From Cyanobacteria bacterium UBA5018 (GTDB lineage Bacteria > Cyanobacteriota > Cyanobacteriia > PCC-6307 > Cyanobiaceae), in contig DGYA01000124.1 in NCBI GenBank assembly GCA_002396505.1, positions 3,814 to 67,813 on the forward strand: a DNA stretch of 64,000 nt. Reading direction: 5' to 3'. The notes under the pieces are model-generated. The model searched no databases. It saw only the letters and a list, made by a program, of their open reading frames with translations, and was not told the origin of the DNA. The position numbers were made by a program, and so were the translations under genes. Positions 17,756 through 26,560 of this stretch are shown in pieces; within the stretch, counting starts at the first letter, position 1, and the number at the start of each line of letters is the position of its first letter.

Positions 17756-17792
17756 TTGCCTAGATCGGGGGGCTTGGCCGGGGCTGGTTCCA

Positions 17793-19235
17793 CTATCCCA
17801 CCGAACCCTCAAGCTTCAGAGCCAGCAGCTTGTCCGCCTCGGCGGCGAATTCCATCGGCAACTGGTTGAAAACGTCGCGACAGAAGCCACTCACCATCAT
17901 CGAAACGGCCTCCTCCAGACCTATACCTCGGCTCTGCAAGTAGAAGAGCTGATCTGCGGAAATGCGAGAGGTGCTGGCTTCGTGCTCCACGGCCGCATCG
18001 GGCTGCTGGCAACGGATGTAGGGATAGGTGTTGGCGGCGGCCTGATCGCCAATCAGCATCGAATCGCACTGGCTGTAGTTCTTGGCTCCCACAGCCTTAG
18101 GACCGATTTGAACCAGCCCCCGATAGCTATTAGCTGAATGGCCGGCACAGATGCCCTTGCTCACGATCGTGGAGCGGCTGCGGGCCCCCAGATGCACCAT
18201 CTTGCTGCCGGTGTCCGCCTGCTGGAGGTTATTGGTGAGGGCTACGGAATAAAATTCCCCCACCGAATCGTCCCCCTGCAACACACAGCCGGGATACTTC
18301 CAGGTGATCGCCGAGCCAGTCTCCACCTGGGTCCAGCTAATGCGGCTGCGGTCGCCGCGGCACTGGCCGCGCTTAGTAACGAAATTATAAATGCCGCCGA
18401 CGCCGTTCTCATCGCCAGCATACCAGTTCTGCACGGTGGAATACTTGATCGTGGCATCATCTAGGGTCACCAACTCCACCACCGCCGCATGCAGCTGATT
18501 GGTGTCGAACATCGGCGCCGTGCAACCCTCCAGATAACTCACCGAAGCTCCCTCTTCCGCCACTATCAAGGTGCGCTCAAACTGACCGGTATCGCCGGAA
18601 TTGATACGGAAGTAAGTAGATAATTCCATCGGGCACTCGACGCCCTTGGGAATGAACACAAACGAGCCATCACTGAAAACGGCTGAATTGAGGGCGGCGA
18701 AGTAATTATCGTTGGCGGGAACCACCGTACCAAGATATTTTTCCACCAGCTCGGGATGGTCCTTCACCGCCTCACTGATGGAGCAGAAGATCACGCCGTG
18801 CTCCGCCAGCTTCTCCCGATAGGTGGTGGCGATTGAAACGCTATCAAATACCGCATCTACCGCGACATTAGAAAGCCGCTTCTGCTCACTCAAGGGTATT
18901 CCTAACTTTTCAAATGTTTCCAACAACTTGGGATCCACCTCGTCGAGGCTGGCTTTTTTCTCCTGCTGCTTGGGCGCCGCATAATAAACAATATTTTGAT
19001 AATCAATTTTTGGATATCCCAAAGCAGCCCAGTCTGGCTCTTGCATCCGCAGCCAGTTGCGGTAGGCCCGCAGCCGGAAATCGAGCAGGAAAACTGGCTC
19101 TTGTTTCTTGGCGGAAATTAACCGCACCACATCTTCGCTGAGACCCTTGGCAATCTTTTCGGTTTCAATATCAGTGACGAAGCCGTACTTATACGGCTGG
19201 GCCACCAGGTCCCCAACGGTGGCAGTGCTAGTCAT
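17793..19235 (-). CDS. sufB: Fe-S cluster assembly protein SufB
   Basis: [32 protein letters not shown]... and ...[22 protein letters not shown]... are highly conserved SufB sequence. Confidence 0.97.
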   Translation of the reverse strand: MTSTATVGDLVAQPYKYGFVTDIETEKIAKGLSEDVVRLISAKKQEPVFLLDFRLRAYRNWLRMQEPDWAALGYPKIDYQNIVYYAAPKQQEKKASLDEVDPKLLETFEKLGIPLSEQKRLSNVAVDAVFDSVSIATTYREKLAEHGVIFCSISEAVKDHPELVEKYLGTVVPANDNYFAALNSAVFSDGSFVFIPKGVECPMELSTYFRINSGDTGQFERTLIVAEEGASVSYLEGCTAPMFDTNQLHAAVVELVTLDDATIKYSTVQNWYAGDENGVGGIYNFVTKRGQCRGDRSRISWTQVETGSAITWKYPGCVLQGDDSVGEFYSVALTNNLQQADTGSKMVHLGARSRSTIVSKGICAGHSANSYRGLVQIGPKAVGAKNYSQCDSMLIGDQAAANTYPYIRCQQPDAAVEHEASTSRISADQLFYLQSRGIGLEEAVSMMVSGFCRDVFNQLPMEFAAEADKLLALKLEGSVG

Positions 19236-19243
19236 AAAACCCC

Positions 19244-19630
19244 TCAGCTAGCGGTTACTGCGTTGATCTCATCCATGGAAATCGTCTGCTGATCGCCGCG
19301 GAAGGCATTGTCTTCCGTGAGAAACAGCATGCAATGGCACTCCTTGCGCTCCCGCATCGGCACACAGGGGCAGTTCCAAAAGGCCTGGGACACCTCTGCC
19401 TGCTTGTCCTCATAATGCCGACAGGGGCAGAGGGCACCGCCCAGTTCGTCCTTGTGTCGGGCCAGCCCCTGAAGTACCACCGCGGTGACGGAGGGGTCAA
19501 CGCAAAAGTAGGTACCGGTGCGCTGGGCGTAGGTCTCGGCGAACCGGCGAATCACCTCCAAACTGTCAGGGGTCGTATCCGCACTGGGTGCGACTGGTTG
19601 GGAGGCGTCGGTGTCAGCCATATCAGCCAT
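19244..19630 (-). CDS. ftrC: Ferredoxin-thioredoxin reductase catalytic subunit
   Basis: The diagnostic CPC-X16-CPC-X8-CHC spacing is present: [33 protein letters not shown]. The stop lies 8 nt upstream of the sufB start on the same strand. Confidence 0.9.
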   Translation of the reverse strand: MADMADTDASQPVAPSADTTPDSLEVIRRFAETYAQRTGTYFCVDPSVTAVVLQGLARHKDELGGALCPCRHYEDKQAEVSQAFWNCPCVPMRERKECHCMLFLTEDNAFRGDQQTISMDEINAVTAS

Positions 19631-20225
19631 GAAATAAGAGGAGTGGGAAGCGAGGCCTGGATGCGGGTGAGCGGAGACGGGGAGCTGGAACCAAAACCGG
19701 CAGCTAGAAAAAGGCCAGTCGCAGCAGGAAATCTAATCGGAGCAAACCCTGGGCCGAGCAACCCAGGGGGCGCAACGGTTGGGGAAGAAACCGCAGAGGG
19801 TCAAAAACCTGCCAGAGGACTCCAGTTGAGAACCAACCCTTCTCGATTCGAAAACCTCTGCTGCCAAAGCCCGGAGCTACGGAAAAGTTGTTCACCGAAA
19901 CCCTTGGCCAGGAAACTTTCAGTCACGAAAAGCGGAGGGAAACGAAACGTTGGGCAACAAAACCTCAGTCTGCGCCTATCTGAGGCAGCCAGGCCCTGGG
20001 GTGGCAAGACCCTTCAGACGGCAAAACCTAAGCTGGCGAAGACCTGAGGGTTACGAAACCCCTTGGTTTCCTTTTAACTGAGCCTAGGGCAAGGCCGGGG
20101 CAAGTGCGGCAAAGGCCATTGTGCCCGGCCGGCTGGTTCGTCTGTATTTGCGGCAACACATGCTCGCAACCAACCGATTGGCGTGGCATGGTGAGGCATA
20201 TCTCTTTGCGCTTGGCCACCAGTCG

Positions 20226-21053
20226 ATGAGCGCTACCAGCATGGGCGCCACCGCTTTGGGCGCCAAAGCCCTGTCAGCCAATCACCAGGCAGACAGGGCC
20301 CAGCCGGCCAAAGGTCAGGCTGATCACGATTCAACCGCCCCCGGCCAGCCGGAGGCTGGCCACCAATCCCCTGGCCTGCCCACCCGAGACGCGGCCCTGG
20401 CCCTGCTGATTCGCCACGGGGCTGGCACGGCAGCCGAACTGGCCAACCGCTTGAGCGTTTCAGTGCAGGTGATGCGGCGCCATCTCCGCAGTCTGGAAGA
20501 AGAAGGCCTGGTGGAGGCCAGCCTGAGCGCAGAAGGCCCCGGCAGGCCCAGCAACCGCTGGCAGCTCACCGGCAAGGGGCAATCCCTGTTTCCCGATGGC
20601 AGCGAGCATTTCGCCCTGGGCCTGATGCAGTCCTTGGCCGGCAGCCTGCCGCCGGCGGCGGTGCAGGCCCTACTGGAGCACCAAGCTCAACAAAAAGCCC
20701 TGGACTACCGCCGCCAGATCGGCGACGGCCCCCTGCAGCTGCGCCTGGGGCGATTAGTGCAGCTGCGCCGCGGCGAGGGCTATGTGGCCGAATGTGAACC
20801 CGACGGCGACAAGGCCTGGATCATCAGCGAGTACCACTGTTCCGTAATGCGCATCGCTGAGCAGTTCCCCTGTGTCTGCGACCAGGAACTTCAACTGATC
20901 CGCCACACCTTCCCAGACTGCGCCGTGGAAAGGGTGCACTGGCGCCTGGACAAGGGCCACTCCTGCGGCTTCCGCCTCACCCCCACCTACTCCAGCCAAC
21001 CCAATTCCGGCCAAACCCCACCAGTCCCCGCCTCCACCGCCCTTGAGCCCTGA
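20226..21053 (+). CDS. sufR: Iron-sulfur cluster biosynthesis transcriptional regulator SufR
   Basis: It has a winged-HTH region (AELANRLSVSVQVMRRHLRSLEEEGLV...GRPSNRWQLT) and a C-terminal Cys cluster (EYHCSVMRIAEQFPCVCDQE...HSCGF). It is divergent from the suf operon. The start is uncertain (ORF open from 20121). Confidence 0.8.
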   Translation: MSATSMGATALGAKALSANHQADRAQPAKGQADHDSTAPGQPEAGHQSPGLPTRDAALALLIRHGAGTAAELANRLSVSVQVMRRHLRSLEEEGLVEASLSAEGPGRPSNRWQLTGKGQSLFPDGSEHFALGLMQSLAGSLPPAAVQALLEHQAQQKALDYRRQIGDGPLQLRLGRLVQLRRGEGYVAECEPDGDKAWIISEYHCSVMRIAEQFPCVCDQELQLIRHTFPDCAVERVHWRLDKGHSCGFRLTPTYSSQPNSGQTPPVPASTALEP

Positions 21054-21486
21054 CACCAACCCCGCGGTTACCGGTTCAACTGCCAGCGCTGCGACCAGCG
21101 CCCCGATAAGCGCCACCGGCAGCGCAACCGCAGGCGCGGAGGGGCCCCTAAACCCAGCGGAGCTGGCCGCCCTGGAAGCCCCCTTACTGCCAAGCCGAGA
21201 ACGGCATCAGCTGCGGCTACTGGCCCATGGCTTGCGCACCTTGCAGCAAATCGCCGGCCGGCGGGCCGGCCCGCCGCCGGAGCTGGCCGCGATTCAGGCC
21301 TGGGCCCGCCAGCAGCCCAGCATCGGCGGCGACGAAACCTTTGTCCGCGCCTTCTCCATCCAGCTGCAAGTGGCGGGCCAGCAGCTCAGCCAGCTGGCCG
21401 GAGATCGCCCAGGCGGCGCCCTGGCCCTGGAGCTCAGCGAGCTGATCAACGCTGCCCAGAGGCAGAGCCCAGCACCTCAAAGCTGA
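21043..21486 (+). CDS. Hypothetical protein (overlaps the sufR stop by 11 nt)
   Basis: It has an Ala/Ser/Thr-rich N-terminus followed by a helical region (HQLRLLAHGLRTLQQIAG...). Its coupling to sufR suggests co-transcription. Confidence 0.45.
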   Translation: MSPDTNPAVTGSTASAATSAPISATGSATAGAEGPLNPAELAALEAPLLPSRERHQLRLLAHGLRTLQQIAGRRAGPPPELAAIQAWARQQPSIGGDETFVRAFSIQLQVAGQQLSQLAGDRPGGALALELSELINAAQRQSPAPQS

Positions 21487-21515
21487 GGGGCGCCCCGGGC
21501 CCTGGGGGGGCCGGT

Positions 21516-22595
21516 TTAAATCGCCACCAGGGCGACACCGAGCACCGCCAGCAGCGCCGCCGCCAGGCCCAGCGCACCGGGGCGATCCCCCTCCAGGGGC
21601 GCCAGGGGCAGGGCCATTACCGGTCCTGTGGACAGCAAAGCCACCGCCAGGCCGCCCTTGAGCTGGACCAGGGCCGTCTGCTGCAACACCAGGCCAGCAC
21701 AGGTGCCCAACAGGGTGGCCAGCAGCAGCAGCGGCCAGCGCCTTTGGGCCGGCAACGGCCGCCTAGCGGCAGTGGGCAACCGCCACAGCATCGGCATCAT
21801 CACCAGGGCCGCCGCCCCGAGCCGCAGCGTGGCCGACAGCAGCGGCGAGAACAGCCCCTCGCGCAGGGCCGCCCGAGACAGCAGCGCAGCGGCAACACCA
21901 CAAAAGACGGCCGCCAGCGCCAACAAAATCCCTAATCCCTGCTGGCTGTGCAGACCGGGGCCCATCGCTGCGGATGAGCCGGGCAAGCCCATGGGCCCCC
22001 TAGTGCCAGGGGAGCCCAGGGAGCCAGCTGCGGGGGCAGTTGCAATGGCAGCTGCGGGAGCAGTGACGAGGCCAGTGCGGGGAGCAGTGGCGATGGCATC
22101 TGAGGGAGCAGTGGCAGGTGCCTGCCGCGGTGCCTGCCGCGGTGTCTGAGCGGCCACGAGCAATACGGCCAGGCTGATCAGACCAATCCCCAGCCACTGC
22201 CTTGGGGCAGGCACTTCCGCCAACAGCAGGGCAGCACCGATGGCGCTCAGGGCCGGGCCGGCCGCATCGAAGGTGAGCGCCCTGCGGGTACCCAGCCGCC
22301 GCAGGGCCGCCAGGTAAAAGCTGTCGCCGAGGGCTATGCCCACTACGCCGCTGAGCAGCAACAGGGCCACCGGACCGGCCCCTCCAGACCCTGCCGCCCC
22401 ACCGGCCCCTGCCCCCCCGATAGCCACCAGGGCCAGCAGCAGCGGCAGCTGCAGGGCCAGGGCCACCAGGTTCTTGAGCAGGTTGAGTTGGCCCGGTCCC
22501 AGGGAGGTGGGCAAGCGCCGCCAGAGGCTGCTGGCCAGGGTCCAGCACAGAGCCGCCGCCAGGGCGGCAACCACGCCGATCAACTCACCTTTCAC
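21516..22595 (-). CDS. DMT-superfamily (EamA-like) transporter with low-complexity central insert
   Basis: It has about 10 hydrophobic segments in two halves. The halves are separated by a Pro/Ala/Thr-rich insert (AQTPRQAPRQAPATAPSDAIATAPRTGLVTAPAAAIATAPAAG...). Confidence 0.75.
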   Translation of the reverse strand: MKGELIGVVAALAAALCWTLASSLWRRLPTSLGPGQLNLLKNLVALALQLPLLLALVAIGGAGAGGAAGSGGAGPVALLLLSGVVGIALGDSFYLAALRRLGTRRALTFDAAGPALSAIGAALLLAEVPAPRQWLGIGLISLAVLLVAAQTPRQAPRQAPATAPSDAIATAPRTGLVTAPAAAIATAPAAGSLGSPGTRGPMGLPGSSAAMGPGLHSQQGLGILLALAAVFCGVAAALLSRAALREGLFSPLLSATLRLGAAALVMMPMLWRLPTAARRPLPAQRRWPLLLLATLLGTCAGLVLQQTALVQLKGGLAVALLSTGPVMALPLAPLEGDRPGALGLAAALLAVLGVALVAI

Positions 22596-22663
22596 CGCTC
22601 ACCCCCTCGCCAGTCACAGGTCACCACTCACCAGTCGCCGTTCACACAGGTCACCGCTCGCCG

Positions 22664-22705
22664 TTCACAGCTCACAGCTCACAGGACACAGGAAACAGAA
22701 AACAG
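22664..22705. repeat. Heptamer tandem array NNCACAG x6
   Basis: TTCACAG CTCACAG CTCACAG GACACAG GAAACAG AAAACAG lies in the divergent spacer between the DMT gene and the lyase gene. Confidence 0.7.
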
Positions 22706-22781
22706 GGCGGAGCTCATCGTTCAAACCACGTCCAGGGCAGCGCCTTGCGATCATCGCGGCAATCCCCGCAGGCCGGCCGCC

Positions 22782-23381
22782 GTGAGCCAAAGCATCGCCG
22801 ACGCCATCAGTTTCTTCCAGCTCAGTTGCGGTCGTTGGCGCTCCCAGCGCAGCAGTCACCACCTGCTGCACCGCCGCGCAGAAGCCGGTAGCTCCTACAT
22901 CGAGGTGGTGGCCCTTACTGCCGACGACTCGCAGCTGATCGCTATCGCCGAGCTGCACGGCCAGGATCCCAGCAAGCTGGTGGGTGGCTGCCGCGTCACC
23001 TGGAACGCCTCGATGGCCTGGGACAGGGCCGGTGAGGCCCATGAGGGCAAGAGCGTCTTTGGCCTGATCCCCACCGACGAGCGCGGCCGCCAGGGCCTGC
23101 TGCTGCGCGATCGGGGCTATGCCGAAACGGCCCCGGTGGCCGGCCAGTTCGCCATGGATGACCGCGATGAGCTGCTGCTGAGCACCGGCTACGAAACGAT
23201 GAACAGCCTGGAGCGCTTCTGCTTCTGGGGCCCCAACGTGCGGCTGCGCACCAGCACGGTGGAGGGGCTCTCCAACACCGCCTCCTTCTGTGTCGAGACC
23301 CGGATACTCGAAACCGAAGCCCCAGCGGCCCCTGACGCCCCTGGGGCCCATGGCGGCGCCCTGTCCCCGCTGGGTTGGTGA
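22782..23381 (+). CDS. CpcS/CpeS-family phycobiliprotein bilin lyase
   Basis: The GTG start gives MSQSIADAISFFQLSCGRWRSQRSSHHL..., the characteristic FF..S.G.W.S.R N-terminus. The size is about 199 aa. It sits next to cpcG. Confidence 0.8.
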   Translation: MSQSIADAISFFQLSCGRWRSQRSSHHLLHRRAEAGSSYIEVVALTADDSQLIAIAELHGQDPSKLVGGCRVTWNASMAWDRAGEAHEGKSVFGLIPTDERGRQGLLLRDRGYAETAPVAGQFAMDDRDELLLSTGYETMNSLERFCFWGPNVRLRTSTVEGLSNTASFCVETRILETEAPAAPDAPGAHGGALSPLGW

Positions 23382-23547
23382 ACCCCAGCCACTGCTCCCA
23401 GGCTGACCATGACGGGCAAGCTTGGCCCTGGCTGCCGGGGTGACGGGCGGGGTGGCGAACGTTACGGACTGTGAGGCCTATCCCAGCCCCTGGAAAAGCG
23501 CTCCGGGCTCACTTCTACGATCACTGACGACAGAATGCCGTAGTCGC

Positions 23548-24309
23548 GTGGCCCTGCCCCTCCTGCAATACGCGCCCACCACTCAGAACTCCCGCGTGAA
23601 CCCTCTGCGGGTGGGTTCGGATGAGGATCCCAAGGCCGTCTCCCTTGACAAAGCGATCGATCGCGAAGATCAAAACTTCGTAATTGAATCGGCTTATCGC
23701 CAGATCTTCTTCCACGCCTTCAAAGTCGACCGCGACCGCACCCTGGAATGCCAGCTGCGGGACGGCCAGATCACCGTGCGCGATTTCATTCGCTCACTCT
23801 GTTTGTCGGACACTTTTAACCGCAGCTTCTACAATCTCAACAACAACTACAAGGTGGCTCGTCACCTTGTAGAGAAACTGCTGGGGCGTAGCACCTACGG
23901 CAAATCAGAGGAAATTGCCTGGTCCGCGGTTATTATGACTCGCGGCATCAAAGGGGCAGTTGATCAGATCCTCAACAGCCAAGAGTATCTGGAAAGCTTC
24001 GGATACGACACCGTCCCCTATCACCGCAACCGGGTGGTGGGCAGCCGTGACCTGGGCGAAACCCCCTTCAACATCACCAGCCCCCGCTACGACGCCTATT
24101 ACCGCGGCATTTTTGGCTTCCCGCAGGTGATCTACACCGGCGTCCGCAAGGGCTACCCCGCCCGCGCCAGCCAGCGTCGCGGCGGCTACCCCGAGGACTA
24201 CCTGGACATGGTGCGCAGCCTGCCCGCCCCGCGGGCTACGGCAGCCGCCTCTGGCAGCGCCGGCATGGACTACCTCTCCAAGGTGCCCTACCGCAGCATC
24301 GGCCGCTGA
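23548..24309 (+). CDS. cpcG: Phycobilisome rod-core linker polypeptide CpcG
   Basis: The GTG start gives (M)ALPLLQYAPTTQNSRV...IESAYRQIFFHAFKVDRDRTLECQLRDGQITVRDFIRSLCLSDTFNRSFY...EEIAWSAVIMTRGIKGAVDQILNSQEYLESFGYDTVPY, which contains a PBS-linker domain. Confidence 0.85.
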   Translation: MALPLLQYAPTTQNSRVNPLRVGSDEDPKAVSLDKAIDREDQNFVIESAYRQIFFHAFKVDRDRTLECQLRDGQITVRDFIRSLCLSDTFNRSFYNLNNNYKVARHLVEKLLGRSTYGKSEEIAWSAVIMTRGIKGAVDQILNSQEYLESFGYDTVPYHRNRVVGSRDLGETPFNITSPRYDAYYRGIFGFPQVIYTGVRKGYPARASQRRGGYPEDYLDMVRSLPAPRATAAASGSAGMDYLSKVPYRSIGR

Positions 24310-24383
24310 GCTTGGTCCTGGAGTGAAGACCCTGAGCGAGGCCACCTAGGGCGGATCACCGCGCAAGCCAATCCAGCTCCCCC

Positions 24384-24410
24384 AAGCGGCCTACCTGGCC
24401 GCTTTTTTGT
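24384..24410 (+). terminator. Rho-independent terminator after cpcG
   Basis: The stem AAGCGGCC / GGCCGCTT encloses the loop TACCT and is followed by TTTTTTGTT. Confidence 0.75.
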
Positions 24411-24527
24411 TGGTCGCCGCCTGGACTCAATGGCGAGACTATCGTCAGCATCTTCTGACCCCGGTCTGCGATCGGGCCTGGGGGGCTGCAAACTCGACCA
24501 CAATGAAATCAAAAAGAAGTTGCAGCT

Positions 24528-25628
24528 GTGACCCAGACGCTCTCATTGTTGGCCCAGATGACCCTGCGACAGCTGCGTAAGGTCGCCAGCGACCTGGGCG
24601 TTTCCTTATACAGCCGCAAATCGAAGGAAGAGCTCGTAGCTGAGATCAGTGCCCGCAACGAGAACAACGAGCTCAGCCTGCTGGCCATCGAGGCCGAGAT
24701 GAATCCAGCGCCTCGCCCAGAGGGATTCACCAATGTGGTGTTCCTGCCTAGGGATCCCCAATGGGCCTACGTGTTCTGGGAAATTGCCCCACAGGATCGA
24801 CAGGATGCCGAGGTCGAGGGTGCCTCCCAGCTATGCCTGCGGGTGGCCGATGTGACCGGACTGGCTGGCGGTGCCGCCCATCCCCACACCATGCAGGAGG
24901 TGGTGGTCGATCGCTTTTCCACCGAGTGGTACCTACCCGTTCCGCTCAGCGACCGCGACTATCGAGTTGAGTTGGGCTTCCGCACCAACAAAAGTGGCGG
25001 CTGGATCTCCCTGGCCTTCTCCTCGGTGGCCCGGGTACCGGCGGTGCACCCCAGCGAGCAGATCCTCGACCAATTTGTGCCCTTCTCCCTGGAAAGCAGC
25101 AGCCAGCCCGCCACCAGCACCGGCTTTAGCGCCGCTGCCCCAGCCCTTCCAGAGACTGACGACAGCCGCTTGCATGAGCGCCTCTATCAAACCGCCACCT
25201 CCCGTTGGCGCCGCCTGGGCCGCGGTTCAGAGGCCTTCCATGAGCTGGATCTGGACAGTGCCGGTTTCGACTCCTCCGAACACCACGCCTCAGGAGCTGG
25301 GGTCTGGGCCAGTGGACGCAGCGAATCTGGAGCCGGCGGAGTGCAAGCCCGCCAGCGCTCCTTCTGGTTGGTGGCCGATGCAGAACTGGTGGTTTATGGC
25401 GCCACAGATCCTGCGGCTAGGTTGCTGATCGGCGGAGAAGAAGTACCCCTCTCCAATGACGGCACCTTTCGCATCCAGGTGCCCTTCCGCGATGGCGAAC
25501 AATTATATCCAATTGAGGCAATAGCTGCCGACGGAGTACAAAAGCGAGCCATCACAATGGAATTCCGCCGCTCCACTCCCCAAGACCACAGCAATCCCGC
25601 TGACGAAGCGATCTCGGAATGGTTCTGA
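24528..25628 (+). CDS. DUF4912-like protein with Rho-N/SAP-like N-terminal domain
   Basis: LAQMTLRQLRKVASDLGVSLYSRKSKEELVAEI (a Rho_N-like helix-extended-helix) is followed by VVFLPRDPQWAYVFWEI, as in cyanobacterial DUF4912 proteins. Confidence 0.65.
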   Translation: MTQTLSLLAQMTLRQLRKVASDLGVSLYSRKSKEELVAEISARNENNELSLLAIEAEMNPAPRPEGFTNVVFLPRDPQWAYVFWEIAPQDRQDAEVEGASQLCLRVADVTGLAGGAAHPHTMQEVVVDRFSTEWYLPVPLSDRDYRVELGFRTNKSGGWISLAFSSVARVPAVHPSEQILDQFVPFSLESSSQPATSTGFSAAAPALPETDDSRLHERLYQTATSRWRRLGRGSEAFHELDLDSAGFDSSEHHASGAGVWASGRSESGAGGVQARQRSFWLVADAELVVYGATDPAARLLIGGEEVPLSNDGTFRIQVPFRDGEQLYPIEAIAADGVQKRAITMEFRRSTPQDHSNPADEAISEWF

Positions 25629-25807
25629 TGGATACCCGACGCGCTCTGGTGGCCTTCACACCGCTGCTGGGGGCTGTCAGCTTCCCAGTGGCAGTGCCCC
25701 TAGTGATGAAGCACCTGGGCATTCCGGCCGCAGTGCTCACCGCCATGGTGCTCGGCTCCCTCTGGTTTGTGGCCATGCTGCGCACTTCCGAGATGCCCAG
25801 CCACTAG
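25628..25807 (+). CDS. Small two-TM membrane protein
   Basis: The ATG overlaps the upstream TGA (TGATG). The product is MDTRRALVAFTPLLGAVSFPVAVPLVMKHLGIPAAVLTAMVLGSLWFVAMLRTSEMPSH. Confidence 0.4.
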   Translation: MDTRRALVAFTPLLGAVSFPVAVPLVMKHLGIPAAVLTAMVLGSLWFVAMLRTSEMPSH

Positions 25808-25926
25808 TTAAGCTCTGGAAAATCGCTAGTTAAGCCCTGCAATACCCGATACTTTTGCGTGACACTGACACCTAAAACCCCTGATGCCTAAAGCTTTGCG
25901 GCATCAAGGCTAGATTAACGCTTCAT

Positions 25927-26148
25927 CTATTTTTCCCAGATCTCCCCCAACCCATCCCAGCCAATCAGGGCAAGGCAAGTTATACAAACCAGGCAAGGCA
26001 AGCCAATCAAGAAAAGCAAACCAAGCCAAGCCAAGCCAGTCAATAAAGGCAAATTAACCAAGAAAACCAAGGAAATCAAGGAAAACAGGTTAGCCAAAGA
26101 GCGTCTCAAAAATTGCCACTCATGCTCATAGTAGCTATGAAAATTCAA
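25927..26148 (-). CDS. Hypothetical membrane protein in an AT-rich islet
   Basis: This 73-aa ORF has two hydrophobic segments. The underlying DNA is itself repetitive (CAAGGCAAG, CCAAGCCAAGCCAAGCC), so coding status is uncertain. Confidence 0.3.
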   Translation of the reverse strand: MNFHSYYEHEWQFLRRSLANLFSLISLVFLVNLPLLTGLAWLGLLFLIGLPCLVCITCLALIGWDGLGEIWEK

Positions 26149-26560
26149 ATATTTTCAATATTTTATTTGTCAAAAAGTCGTTAATACTTGAGGGAAGCTC
26201 GAAAGATCTCAAATTCCTCCCATTTTATGGTGCGAAAAATGGTGCGAAGAACCTGGTGTCGACTTGCCTACCCTTAACTCATGTGGACCGAATGGACAGT
26301 TTTTTGAGGTGCCCTTGAGATTTTTCTAAGGTGTCCTCAAAACACCCAGGCCCAGGTCTATCCCACTAAGGCCTAAGGCCTGTCCCACTCGGGCCTAAGG
26401 CTGTCACCCTAAGAATTTCCCGGCAAAACCTGCATAACATAGACCCTTAAACTTATGCCGGCCCCCGATAGCATTTATCCCTGCTGGCCTGGGAACATTA
26501 GTACCCTTGTTGCTGCAGGAGGAGCCTTGTGGCAACCCTGAAGCCAGCGACTGAATCTTA

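Noticed and set aside
19631-20225. Canonical SufR operator (perfect CAAC-N6-GTTG)
   Set aside because: I searched the spacer by eye and found only imperfect versions (GTTGGGCAAC, CAACCAACCGATTG). These are not enough to annotate an operator.
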